64,000 nucleotides of DNA from the human T2T-CHM13v2.0 reference genome, Homo sapiens: NCBI RefSeq assembly GCF_009914755.1, contig NC_060936.1, one strand, 5' to 3'. Positions within the stretch are counted from its first letter, which is position 1, and each line of letters opens with the position of its first letter. Below, one piece after another: positions 45,253 to 64,000 of the stretch. Made by a program: the position numbers and the translations under genes. Below the pieces are notes generated by a model. That model searched no databases and had not been told where the DNA came from. It saw nothing but the letters and a program-made list of their open reading frames with translations.

Positions 45253-46060
45253 CTGAGGCATCTACCATGTGCTAGACACTGTGCTGGTACTTTACCTGTT
45301 TTCTCCTTTACTCCTCAAATCCACTTTGAAAGGTAGAGATCATTAATCCCAGCACTTACTGATGAGGAGTCCTAGGCTCAGAGAAGTCAAGTCACTTCCT
45401 CTGTGTGTCTATTGTAACTATCAAAACTTACAGTCTGTTTTGTGCATCCACACTTCTCCAGATGCTGAGAATACAGAAGTAAAGGACTCAGTGTTTGAGT
45501 GTTTGCCTTCAAGGAGTTACCAGTCTAGAGAGCACCCATCTTCTGTCATTAATTTATTCAGCTTCTTCAAAAGAGTATTTTTTCAGAATCTGTTCTGTGC
45601 CAGGAATTCTTGTAAGAGCTGGGGGTGAATTAATGAACAAAACAGACAAAAATTCTTGTCTTCATAGAGCATACATTCTAGTGGGTAGAATGGGAACTCT
45701 CTCTCTATATATATAAAAGTATTAGTGTTCTCCTGGGTGATACGTATAATGGAGAAAATTAACAAAAGGTATAGGTGCTAGGTGAGCCAGGCGACAGTTT
45801 AGCTGGGTCTCCTACACTTCCAGGAAATGTTCCTTCTATTTCCAGGTAGTGTCTTATCATGGCTAGAATCTTTGAGCTAGAAAGCCCTGTGCCAGGCATG
45901 GTTCTAAGTTCTGTGCACATATTATCTCATTTATTCCTCCTATGATGTAGATTGCTTATGATTTTATTACAAACTGAGGCTTAAAAACTAACTTGCTCCA
46001 AAACATGCAGTGTGTTTGTATGAAACCATGTAGTCTAATTCTGGGAACTGTTCTCTCTCC
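45250..46060 (-). mobile_element. MIR/L2 fragment cluster
   Basis: MIR cores (ACTGATGAGGAGTCCTAGGCTCAGAGAAG; TGTGCCAGGCATGGTTCTAAG) and L2a-like AACAAAACAGACAAAAATTCTTG. Confidence 0.6.
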
Positions 46061-48394
46061 ATTTCCCATTTTCCACAATTGTTATTTCTGATCTTGGCCA
46101 TTCACCCCAACTTTCTAACCCTCAAGGTGCCTCCTTTTTTTTTTTAAATCATACATGAAGTTCTATACCACAGAGGCCACCACGCAGAGGGACTCTCAGC
46201 AAAAAACTTCACCCTCTATCTTCCCTATTATCAAGATTCTTCTTCCCAATTACAATTAATCTTTTTCACCTGAGCCCTGGGCCATATCTCTTTTCAGTTT
46301 GGCAAGGGTCTCCCTCTGTAAGTTACCCTTTTATGGGAGTGAGTAGGTAAGTTTAAGGGAAAAAGGTGATTATCCTAGGGGAGATGCTATTGAGATCTAG
46401 CTACCTGCTTGGCAGGTGCCTATATAGGGCACTCTCAAATGGGGCAACTTTGAGTTCTCTGGGGGTTCCCTGCGGAGACCTGCATACTGAGATTTTCTCT
46501 GATATGTGCAACATACTCTCTGGCTGACCTTGTGGGCTCTCATTTGGCAGTGGCTTGAGGAAGTCACCCTTGAATTAACATCTTCCCCCTTTGCAGCCAA
46601 ATGTCTAAAAAAACACCCCAAAAAACCTTTCTATCCTTGAAGTCTACTCTTTTCACCATTAATTAACCTTCAAACTTTTTTGCCTGATTTCTCTTACACC
46701 CTTACTGAAACTACTTTTGCGTAGCTCACCAAGAATCTTCTTGTTGAAAGAGGTTTAGCTAATCTCAGGTTACATTTTACAAAACATTAACCCAAATGAA
46801 CCTTTAATTGTTAGAAAATGTGTAGTGTAAAGGTGTCTGGGACTAAGTAGGGATATTAGGGATACATTTAGGCTTGAATAGAGACCACTCTGCTCGTGTT
46901 ACTGAAGTAAAATTTTCCTCATAATTGTTAACTTCCAAATGCGGGGATTTCCTGCAAAAGTTGTCATCATCTGAGTGTACAACCCAATCTGCTTCCATGT
47001 GGCATGCCTGTTTTTGAGGAAATTATTTATCACCTGCTCTGCATAATGGGTTGAGGCAAGATGCAAAAGCTCTTCTCAACATAGAACTGTGGAGATAGTT
47101 GTTTGCATGGACATAGAGCTTGCATTTGCTCATTAATCCATTAAGGGCTTCTGTGTCTTTCACGGCATCTGCAACCCCAAAGAAGATATCGTTTCCTGGT
47201 TGGCCTATGCTCATCAGCATCTGCAACGTGAACTCAGTGTTTTCAATGACGATGGTAACTAAGTTCCTTGGCAAAGATGCCAGGGTCCCAACCAGGAGCA
47301 CAGGTGGGAGGCAGCTGGGGGAAATGAAGCTCATGGCATAGGACTATATGGTGTCCCTTATACTGGCAGTGTACCTAGTGATATACCCCCAAAACTTGCC
47401 AAATGTCTCAGAAAAGATCTCCAGGATTTTTGTCATCCTAAAACAAAGTTACTGCTCTGTATTTGTGAAGCATACGTCTCAGCTCTCCCAGTGAGCATGC
47501 CACCCAGCCATTGAGAGAATGGTTTCCAGTGCAATAATTTTGGAGATTGATTGGTTCTTATTATTTTAATAGTTCTCTGAGATGACCAATGTCTTTGTGA
47601 TACATTTTTTAACATTCTACAGTTTTGTGGATTGTGAAGACGTGGTTCTAAGAATTAAAAAAAAAAATCTTCAAGACTGACATCTTTTTTATCTTTCTGA
47701 CTTAATATGAGCAGTGTCCCATAATCTGTTCTCAGCTTTGTAATTTTAAAAGCTCAGTTACCTGACCCATGTTTTCAATGTTTATTAGGTTTTCAGAGCA
47801 TCACCCTCATGGTAACCAAATTCACAAGACACTGATAGATAAAGTGAGTGCCTCCGCTGTCCTGTAAATGGGAATAAACATTTTTAGTTTCTCTTTTGTA
47901 GGCAGACCACTCTTTTCTGATTAATAAATGCTTCGTTGCAACAGGTCATAAATACAGGGCCTAAATTTCTTCTTTTAAATTATTTGATCACTCTACTCAG
48001 ATTTGTCTTGGGCACTTTCAAATCTACATATTTGTAGCTACAAATTTATCGGTAATTTCTAGAATTACTTTAACATATTTTTCTCCTCCTTTGTATACAA
48101 ATAATTTAAATCATGCTATTAAAATATATATGATTTAATAATAAGTCAAGAACACGAAAAATGTAGATTTGCAAAAAAAGGTAGACTGAGAAAAAAACAA
48201 ATAGATCGTAGCTATTTAGGCTGCAAAATATTATTGGTTACTATAGTTGTGCGGAATATTTGACCCGAATTTTCTGGTGGTCAAAATGAAAAAGTGAACC
48301 TGGGCAGTCATATAGTTCTTAGTGTTCACAAATAATAAAAATAAGCACTTACTATGAGATAAATACTAAGCAGTAAATACTAAGTTCTAAGTGG

Positions 48395-48561
48395 TTTGTT
48401 TGTGTGTATATATATATATATACATGTATATATGTGCATAGTTTGTGTATATATATATGTACATGTGTATGTGTGTACATATCTACATGTATATAACTCT
48501 ATATCTCAAATATATATGTGTGTATATATACGTATATGTGTGTGTGTGTATATATATATAT
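48395..48561. repeat. Compound (TG)n/(TA)n/(CATA)n microsatellite
   Basis: Seen directly. Confidence 0.92.
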
Positions 48562-48589
48562 CTTACACATGGACCCCCTCCCCCAAACA

Positions 48590-48720
48590 ACTGATTTTGC
48601 AAATGAATAATAAGAGAGGTGAAGTAGTTTGTCCAAGATCATACAGCTCAAAATTGGTGGATCCACATTTTGAACCCAAGCAGCCTGACCCCAGGGTCTT
48701 TGCTTTTCACCATTGTACTA
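48590..48720 (-). mobile_element. MIR
   Basis: AGAGGTGAAGTAGTTTGTCCAAGATCATACAGCT...TTTGAACCCAAGCAGCCTGAC. Confidence 0.75.
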
Positions 48721-51569
48721 GGCTGTTTCTAAAGGAACTCATCTCTGTTCCTGAGAGAAAGAAAAGCTTTTTCAAGTACTTAGTTCTGTCTTTTTATGTG
48801 TGGAACATTATATAGAGAACCCTGAAAGACGTAGTGAACCAAGTTCTTAACGAACTCTCTTTGCTGAAAGTTAAAGATTTAACATAAAAATGCACTTGAC
48901 TAATGGCATCTATGTATGAATCTTTGTCAGTTTCACTAGCTTTTTGCATGTTCATGAAACGCTTCACTTTATTCTTATTAGAATACAAAATATAAGCCCC
49001 GTGTACATGTGCTGTAATACTAGAGAGGAGGAGTAGGAGAAAGGGGGAAGGAAGAAAGGAAGGGCTGAATCTTCACAGAAATGCATACTAATATAAGGAA
49101 AGAAATAAAATAATCAGTCTCTGCCTATGAGATTTGACGTTATGAACTGAAAAGTTTAATGGTGGCCATCAATTGGTGCTTTAGCCTGGAGATATGGAAT
49201 AAAAATGTCGATCTTAATAACAATTTTCATGACTTATTTGATGTTATGTTATAAAAAGTCTTTGAACCGTGACAAATATTCTATAATCTGTCCCAAGGAA
49301 TTTTGTCCTTAGAATTTTTCAGGATTAAAATCAAAATCACTGAATGTGGAGAAATATACATTTTGACCAATATATTCTTAATGTCAGGTGCTTAGAATTT
49401 AGAAAATTTTAGGTCTATTTACACTTGATTAGCCCACAGGTGGCTTGCAAACATATGAAACAATTTACAATGGAGTTTATGTTATATAGCTTGAATTTTT
49501 AAAAACTGGCATTGAGAGACTTTTTACTGCTTGTTTGGGGACCCATTGTCCGATTTTCTGTATGACTGTACATTCACCTAATAGTAGGCTTCTACTTTAG
49601 ACATTAGTCAAAATGGTTACAATTTTTATCTATTGATTTTTGGGGGAATCATTTCACTTTTGGAGAGGCTTATTTTTCCATCCTCACTGTGTGTATGTGA
49701 TATATATATATATGTATATAACTCCAATCTTAGAAGGTAGAAGACCTGGGACGTATGAAATCTTTGACAGACGGCTCTGGCACAGGCACAGATTGTTGAC
49801 TGCTGGGAATATTTAAGCTGGAAGTAAATGAGGCAGAGGCAAGGACACTGTTGTGCTTCATTTTTTAATGCACTATTTTTTTTCTTTGGTTTTGTGACTA
49901 AATTTAAATGTGGGAGGATCTTGTGGGTGTATGTATATTCTACGTGGAAAAAAGTTGTTTAATGGTGCTATGCAATTTTCATTTCTTCAGCCAGGTACAT
50001 AGAAATTCACATGGTCTTAAGCTGCAAACATTACCTCATAAATGGAAATGTATCAACAAAATTCAGCCTACTCAAAGCAGGCTTTAGAATAACAGCTGCT
50101 GGTGCTCTGGCTCGAGAAGCAGGTGTGAGACCACCTACGATACCAGCTCAGAAAGCTTCCTGTCAGCATGAAAATGGGCATGGGCTTCCCCCAAGGTGCC
50201 AAATGATGCAGCAGATAGGGTAGCAACGAGAAGATACAATGTTAATATGGTTGACTTTTCACAAGCACGTGGGTTAGTGCCAGAGAAACAAAAATATTAT
50301 AAAACAGCTACTCAAACCAAAGCGTTCAGCCTGCAGCTTAATATACCACGGCCCGTTTCTGAACAAGATTTGTTTTTCTGTTTACGGATTACCAGGCTAT
50401 GAAAATCCCTGTGGATAGAGGTAGGGAGGAGATAGGGTTGCTCTAATCCATTGTAGGACAGTACTTTGCATGTGTTTTTACATTAAAGATCGTGTAATAT
50501 AAACTGTATGTGGATGTGCTCCGGAGGGGACTGATTAAGAGTGGAAAACTGAGAGGGCCATCAAACATGGAGGAAACACTTCAGTCAGGGAGCTCCAAGG
50601 TTTTATTGCCTGAGAACTGTATCACCCACTGCCAAACAGGAAATGGCTCCACCCTACCTGCTCAAATGAAAGTTACAAAAGCAAACGTCAAGTGGAGAAA
50701 TAATTAGGAAATCTTTGCCTAAAATGTAAAACCAGCATGAGCGCTCTCTGTTATCTTTCATGGAATAGTCCCCATTTGCAGTTCTGAGAGACAGGCAACA
50801 TCAAGACATTTTGCACGCCCTTGTAAAATCTTGAGAATTTGGCTTGCATTTGCTTACACCCAGCTCTATTGGAAAGATTTTTTTTAACCACTGCATGCAA
50901 TCACAATTTATCTTAATGTTCTGGTTGATTTCATAGTTTACTAAACGTCTAAGGTTTTATGATACAACTGAGTGTGGGCCAGGATTCAGTGTTGGAGAAA
51001 AGAGAGAGCTGGCTGACTGCTGCAGGAAGCTACAAGGAGATGAGTAGAAGAAACTTTTGCCTTTATGAATTTTATCTTGATTTGAAAGGTGCCTGGGTTT
51101 GAGAGGGCCACGTATGTTCTGAGTAAGGTTGTCTGTGCCAACTAATAGCATAGTGTGTGGTGAACTATGAGAGTCTTTATTATGTGGTTCTAAGGCATTT
51201 TCAACCCACTGCAATTTTTTTTCCGTGAAATTGATAACTGTGAATAAAATGTAATAGTTCAGTACTAAGGCAGCAACAATTACACTGATTAAAATTGAAT
51301 CCCATTACATTTATTCTCTTTGGAGAGCCAGCATCCTCTGATAAAGGAGGGAATCAAGCAAGTTATGTGTCTAAACTATTCTTAGTTCAGCTTAGGCTGT
51401 TAAATCTAAATAGGAAAAGGTATGAGATAGATTATTGCAATTAGAAAATAGAAATCTAAAGAGATATTCTAAGATTTTTGTATATAGGAGAGACTTCAGA
51501 ATGGCTCAATAAAACAGAAAGGATATCTATCTGTATAAGCAGGTGGAAAGGCCTCTTTATCAGATATTT

Positions 51570-52130
51570 AATTTTTTAATTAACAAAGTTAAGTTTTTTT
51601 AGAGAAGGTTTAAGTTAACAGCAAAATTGAGTGGAAAGTACAGAATTTCCCATATCCCTGCCCCATGCATGCATAGCCTCCCATATTATCATTACCCACC
51701 AGAGTGATACATTTGTTATAACTGATGAACCTACACTGACACATCATTATCAACCAAAGTCCATAGTTTACATTCATAGTTTACATTAGTCTTCACTCTT
51801 GGTGGTGTACATTCTGCAGGCTTTGACAAATGTATAATGACAGCTATCCACTATTATAGCACCATACAGAGTAGTTTCACTGCCCTAAAAATCCTCATGC
51901 CCTACCTGTTCATCCCTCCCTTTCCCCAATCCCTGGCAACAATTAATTTTTTTACTCCATAGTCTTGCCTTTTCTAGAATGTCATATAGTTGGAATCACT
52001 TAGTATGTAGCCTTTTCAGATTGGCTGCTTTCACTTAGTAATATGCATTTAAGTTAACTCTGTGTCTTTTCATGGCCTGATAGCTAATTTGTTTTTAGTG
52101 CTGAATAATATTCCATTGTCTGGATACAAG
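51570..52130 (-). mobile_element. L1MC1-like 3' end
   Basis: ACAGCAAAATTGAGTGGAAAGTACAGA...GATGAACCTACACTGACACATCATTATC; 13-bp tandem duplication CATAGTTTACATT near 51762-51787. Confidence 0.85.
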
Positions 52131-52699
52131 TATTTAATTTCAAGTTAGGATTCTGCTGAAGTGGAAGAAATAGAAAGGTGGTTTGTGCCATATGGGGCAG
52201 AAAATGGGCTAAATAAACAACTCTCTGCACGAGCGATGGCTGAAGGGATGAGATTGCACCATTGTTCTTGGCAGAACAGAGTTGGGTTTTCTATTATGAA
52301 GTACTCTGTCCATTCTGGGAGTTTCCTCATTGTCACAAGGGAATCCCGTTCAATTGAATTCTGTAAATGTTGGACAGTATGTGTTAGTGAAGACAGAGCT
52401 TTCTGTTCAACCACAGAACGCTGGATTCTCTGTGCTGCAGGACTGGATTTTCCGTGGACAGAGAACTTCTCATTCAAAGGAAATTTCCAGAAGTCAAGTT
52501 CCATTATGTGACGAAGTTGCATGTCATTAATGTGGCATCATACCCAAGAGTGTTGGCTTCTGTTTTGCCAAAAAGGGCAGTTCCATATTGGTAAATTTTA
52601 GCTTCTTTGCTTTGTTTGGTAAACTCATAAAGAAAACTTTATCTTCTTTAGAGTTAATAGTGAGAAAAGGAGAGAAGTTTTACATAAAAGACAAAGCAG

Positions 52700-53060
52700 G
52701 TGCAGAAGAGACATTTAGATTGGCATGAGGAAGTTAAGTTTGGGGGCTATTAAAAGAATCAATTAAATAACCATGGTGCATAATAAAGGTGATTAAAGAG
52801 CTGATTACTGCTTTTCCAATCCTGTTGGATTTAGTACAGTTGGCTTTAAACATGTTCCAGTTTAATGCTGAACGTCATGAGGGGACGTGTGGGTTTTGCA
52901 GTTTGTTAATGATGTGTTGCTAGCAGTTAGTTGAGTACTGACATGGAAGAGCTGGTATTGCTGACTCAACACAATAAACATTTGACTCATCATGACAGAG
53001 CCTCTTTTTGTGATGAAGGACACCATCTGCCAGAGAGAGTGCAAAAGATTGATTTACAGT
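52700..53060. promoter_or_regulatory. Candidate enhancer (AP-1/ARE/FOX/homeodomain motifs)
   Basis: TGCTGACTCA 52959-52968, TAAACA 52975-52980, TGACTCA 52983-52989; TGATTA/ATCAATTAA cluster ~52758-52807. Confidence 0.35.
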
Positions 53061-53399
53061 CCCTATCCAAATGAATTCCAGATTCCCTCAAATTGCCTGC
53101 CCCTTTACAATGCCAGAATGAGCCCAATCTTGTCCCATCCCATGACCATCAGCACTGGAATGCTTTCACCCTGATATTTGATTCAATGCCCCCTTTCCAA
53201 ATCCTCGGTCCATCAACGTGGCCTCTTTTGGTTTGAGCTGAAGAGTATGTTATATTTCATCATTGACTTCTATTAGGCATTGTAACCAGGGCATATAGAA
53301 ATTCCCAGAATAGATCCTGCAAAAATATCATATGTATAAGCATGAAGAGAATCAAGGGTCAGTAAACAGCTCACATTGGATTAAAAGACAGATGAAGCT

Positions 53400-54390
53400 C
53401 TAATCATATATGCCAGGCACTCTAACACATATGCAGATACATAGATGAATAACGCACCACCCCTAAGCTTGAGGAGTTGTCATTTGAGTGTGGTGGAGAG
53501 TCATATAAATAAATGCTTACAGTATAGCCTGCTAGAGGCAACAGTATAAATATAAACATCAGAGTGATTAACTTTGTGGGGCACCATTGTGAGGTGTGTG
53601 TCATGGAAGGCTTCACTGAGTTCACTAGGTGGACAAGAGGAGGTGAGAAGGAGCATTCTAGGCAGAAAGAATTGCATGCCCAAGGCACAGAAATATGGCC
53701 ATTTTAATAATTAGAAATTCATTATTGTTGGAAGATAGAGATGGGAGAGTGAAGGTAGGACAGATCAGTGGCTGGAGATCTAAACAGAAGAAACATTATG
53801 AGGCAGTTCTTATGCCATTGTTTAGGAGCCTGTGTTTATCTGTAGATACTGGTGGTGGCATTAAAGGATTTAGCAGAGGGACTGGGTTGCCCTGGTGTTG
53901 TAGATATTTGTGAACATCAGGGCAGGCGATTTCTTTAGAAGAGAAGATGGAATAGAGGAAGACCAGTTAGGAAGCTATCATATTTCAGGTGAGAGTTGGT
54001 CAAGAAGATTGAAGACAGAATGAAACAGAACAGAGAGGACAGAGTTAGTTGGGAAAGAGACAGAATTTGTAGATCTGGTTGAATGTGGGGGATGAGGGAA
54101 GAATCTGGCTGATTCTCAGCTTTCTGTCACAGGAAAAGAGTCACTACCACATTGAAGCCACAAGTGAGGTAGAGAATACTTGAGGACAAGCAGCATTCGT
54201 GAGTGTGTGTGGTGGGGTGCTAATTATGGCAGTGTTAAGGGTGAGTAATTCAAGGCTGAGCACTGTGAATTAGGAGTGCCCGTGGGACAGCAGGTGGCAG
54301 GTCTGTTAGGTGGTGGGATATGAGTATCTGGATTCCATGGTCAGGTTGGCATACTTCATAGGGACTCTCGCATCTAGGCATTTTGTTCTT
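53400..54390 (-). mobile_element. L2 (long degraded fragment)
   Basis: TATGCCAGGCACT...GGAAGGCTTCACTGAG...AGACCAGTTAGGAAGCTA...GGGGATGAGGGAAG. Confidence 0.72.
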
Positions 54391-55519
54391 GGGAAAAAAG
54401 ATACCCTGAAACTTAATGTTATTTGATCCTACTTGCCAGAAGTTCAGCTTGGCAGGGTTCTAGTTTCTAAGATATCTGTTATTCCAAACAACATCCTAAA
54501 TTTCCATTTCAGTTTCTCAGTGCTTATGGGTAAGACAAAAATCTGTTCCTAGCCTTGTTCCTTACCTTTTCTTCTTGCAGTGGAGAATGTTGATAGCACC
54601 TATTTTGAACCAAAAAGAGATATGTCCCTGTCTAATATTTCAACTCCATTTCATGGCTCTTTTTTTCTCTCTCTCTCATCATACTCTAGTCACTGTTTTA
54701 AATGCAATACCTTCCCTGTTTTATCTAACCTTCATGGCAACTGTGCTCTTAGCTTCAACAAGTGCTTCTGCAACAAGTTCTTTTTAGCTCCATTTTAAAG
54801 ATGAACAAATAGACTGATACAAGATAAGTGAATTTTCCATTGACAAACAGAGCTGGAATTTGTAGAACTGGAATTTGAACACAACTAATTCCAATGTCTC
54901 TGTTCTTAACCACTAACATATTGACATTTATATTTTTCATGACTTATTTAAATAAGTTAAAGCAAATTTTGCTGTATTCAATAATATTCATTTAACATTC
55001 CATGAAGTTTTAAAAAATAAACAAAGGAATACAACTCAACATAACTCTAGCACTTCTTTTCACCTAATTTATGATACAAAGGTCTATAACATACCTGTAA
55101 AAATGTCATTAGGCAGTCCAAGATAATGTATCGACTTATAAAAAAGGGTAAACTTTCATTTTTTGGCTTTTTAGCTGGAAACATCTTCATTTGCCAACCT
55201 TATCATGGGGATTCCAAAGAGCGGTGGTGGATTGTATTTGAAAGAACATGAGCTTGGCAACCTGGAATCTCCTGAGTCTGGTCTGGCTGTAGCTCCGTGT
55301 GTCTCCATCTCAAACAAACAAACAACAACAACCAAAAAAACCCCACAACAACAAAAGAGCTACTGCTATAAATTTCCCTGTAAATACTGCTTTAGGGGCA
55401 TCACACAAATATTGATATATAATATCCTCATCTTCATTCAGTTGAAAATACTTTCTAATTTTTCTTTTGATTTCTTCTATGACCCATGGGTTATTTAGAA
55501 ATGTGCTATTTAATTTCTT

Positions 55520-61154
<5,635 letters not shown>

Positions 61155-61585
61155 TAATTTCTTATCAGTGGGGATTTCCCACATAATTTTCATGCTGTTG
61201 ATTTCTAATTTAATTCCACTGTAGTCAGAGGATATAATTTGTGTGAATTAAAAACCTCTTAAATTTATTGAGACTTGTTTTATGGCCCAGAATTTGGTCT
61301 ATTTTGGAAAATGCTCCTGTGCACTTGATAAGAATGATATTGTTGCCTGAAGTGTTCTATAAATATCAATTAGATCAAGTTTGTTGATAGTGTTATGTCT
61401 TCTGCAACATTACTGATTTTCTATCTACTTGTTTTTATAAATTGTTGAGAAATGTGTATCGAAATCTTTCTAATCATGAATTGGTTTCTTTCTCCTTGCA
61501 GTTCTATCAGTTTTTGCTTCATGCTGCAGCTCTGTTATTGGTACATAAATGTTTATACACGACTTGATGAATTGACCCATTTATT

Positions 61586-61873
61586 TATTTTATGTTTTAT
61601 TTTATTTTTGAGATAGTGTCTCACTCCATCACCCAGGCTAGAGTGCAGTGATGCAATCTAGCTCACTGCAGCTGTGAACTCCCAGGCTCAGGTGATTCTC
61701 CCACCACAGCCTCCCGAGTAGCTGGGACTACAGGAATGTGTCATCACACCTGGCTATTTTTTTTTGTATTTTTTTGCAGAGACATGCCATGTTCCTTAGG
61801 CTAGTCTTGGATTCCAGCCCATCTTGGCCTCCCAAAGGTCTGGGATTACAGGTGTGAGCCACTACACCTGGCC
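61586..61873 (-). mobile_element. AluJ
   Basis: Diverged Alu with internal deletions; TSD TGACC(C/T)ATTTATT at 61573-61585 and 61874-61886. Confidence 0.9.
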
Positions 61874-64000
61874 TGACCTATTTATTATTATGAAACAATT
61901 TCTTTATCCCTAGTACTATTCTTTACTTTGAAATCTGTTTTGAATAATGTGAATATAGCAACTCTAACATTTTTTGTGTGTCAGGAGTTTCCAGTTTTTT
62001 ATTCTTAACCTGTCTGTGTCATTAAGTTTAAAGTGCACTTCTTTGTAGGCACATAAAACTCGGTCTTTTTTGTTTGCTTGTTTAAGCTGACAATCTCTAA
62101 CCTTGAATTGGGATATTCAGACCATTTACATTTAATGTTTTTCTTGATATGATTAGGTTTAAATCTATCTCCTTGCTACTTGTCTCATCTATTCTTTATT
62201 ACTTTTGTTCTCTTTTTCTGCCTTCTTTTGAATAAATTAAATATTTTAAAAGATATCTTTTTATCTCATTTGCTGGCTTATTTATAACTCTTTATTATTT
62301 CAGTGGTTTTTTTCTCATAGTCTGTCTTCAAATGATATTAAACCACTTTATAAATTATAGAAGACCCTTTCAATAGTTTACTTTCATTTATCCCTTTCCA
62401 ACCTTTGTGATATTTTTGTCAGATATTTTATTTTTCTATATTTTACATTATTATTATTTTTTATTGACTATCATCCATCTTTTAAAAAGATTTAAATAAT
62501 AATAAAAAATCTTATATATTTACCCTGTAGTTATTGTACCCAATGCTTTTCATTCCTTTATATAGATCCATATTTCCATCTGTTATCATTTTTCTTATGC
62601 CAAATGGATTTCCTTTAACATTTCTTGTGGTGTAGATTGCCAGGTGACACATTCTTTCAGCTTTTATGTGTCTGAAAATGTCTGAAAAAGCACCTTTGTT
62701 TTTGAAAGACACTTATAGAATTCCAAATGGGCAGTTTTTTTTTTTCTTTCAGTACTTTAAAGATGTTGCTATATTCTTTTCTCACTATTATCTCTGTATT
62801 ACTTCTGATGAGAAATCTGCTGTCATCCTTTGTTCCTCCTTAGGTAATTTATCTTTTTATTGGTTGCTTTTAAGGTTTTTTTTTCTTTACTACTGATGCT
62901 TAGCAGGGAAGCATGCTGGGACCTTAATGTACTGGTCACTCTGGACCAAGGAAACATGGAATGGCTCTGTATATTGGGATATGGGTTGTAGAATCTAGAC
63001 TGCTCTGGAAAGTGGCTGGCCAGGGTTCCCTCTGGAGGGCAGGGGCCTCAAGTCAGGAGTCTAGTGGTATAGAGTGGGCCATATGACCAAGGGTGGAGCA
63101 AACACCGAATCAAGACATCTCTGGTTCTGGCATCATGATTCATTCTAGGACTCTGGGGTTGATGACTGAGTCATAGGGTAGGAAGAGCCTATGGCTGAAC
63201 CTAAAGAAGGAGGAATCAGAGATCCTATTGGAAGTGCCAGGAGATGGCAGACCTCAAAATGACCGAAAGGAAAAGCAAAGCAAAATAATGGAAGTGTTAA
63301 AGGGAAATTGAAGATCTAATTCTAAGTTTCTAACTATACAAAGAAAACATTTAGATTTCAATCTTTTTCTCTGTGTGTGTGTCTGGGTGTGTGTAGATTT
63401 GCCTGGTAGAATTCCAACATTTTCAAAGTTGCCCTTTCCAAGGGTACAAAAAATGAGAAACACTTTGTATAAAGTAACTAACTTATAAAATGTTTTTGGA
63501 AAATATTATTTAATCATACAGATTATTAATAGTGTTTTTAAGAAGTAGTTTTGTATTAGAGTTTTGGAATAGTATCAGGAAGTAAAAAAGTCCAAACAAC
63601 TTTTACTATTCTCATTTAATTTATTAATTTTTTTAAGGCAACTTGCATTTGATGTAATTTTGTTTTGCCTTCCTATTGTTTGCCTCTTGCTCTGTAAGGA
63701 CAAGTTCCTACTGCCTACAGCTATCTTTGCAAACAGGGCACTCCTCTAAAAGCTTTTATTTAATCTAGTTAAGTAAATTCTAATCATCTTTAAGCAGGGA
63801 CAAGTCCAAAGTCACCACATGAAGAATAATTCATAATAGTTTTTTCAGCAACAACTTTCTCTTTTTCTTGCCAAGCTAGTCAGCAGTCTGGCAGTTTGGT
63901 TTTTGCAATGAATCAGAATATATGTGCCAGGCCATTTGCACCATCTGCTACAGGAGTGTCATGGGAGAGAGGACTGTGAACACCTGGTGGGTGGACATTA

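Noticed and set aside
48396-48815. 139-aa ORF
   Set aside because: Translation of the TA/TG microsatellite plus MIR
52145-52522. Overlapping 116-aa and 125-aa ORFs
   Set aside because: No recognisable homology or exon structure; likely incidental
63978-63995. CTCF-like CCACCAGGTG on the minus strand
   Set aside because: Lacks the GGC continuation of the core motif; too weak to call

Overview
AT-rich primate (human-like) genomic DNA. I recognise no protein-coding gene, rRNA, tRNA or CRISPR array. It looks like gene desert or a large intron. Much of it is interspersed repeat: about 14 Alus; a ~5.6 kb L1PA8-10-like and a ~3.2 kb L1PA4/5-like element; a twin-primed (5'-inverted) L1PA15/16-like element; older L1M/HAL1, L2, MIR and L3 relics; solo LTRs (THE1C, MER39, LTR33, MLT1); and DNA-transposon MITEs (MER47C, MER53, MER94, MER81). 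The longer ORFs I can assign are L1 ORF1/ORF2 remnants or Alu read-through; the rest look like chance frames. Repeat subfamily names come from recalled consensus sequences, not from a search. I found no convincing novel system. The best leads are (i) well-formed minus-strand splice sites that suggest a spliced lncRNA, with one exon derived from L3/CR1; (ii) several repeat-free islands with dense TF motifs, including a CpG-retaining promoter-like block at ~21-22.3 kb; and (iii) a perfect 21-bp fold-back palindrome replacing the 3' end of the large L1.
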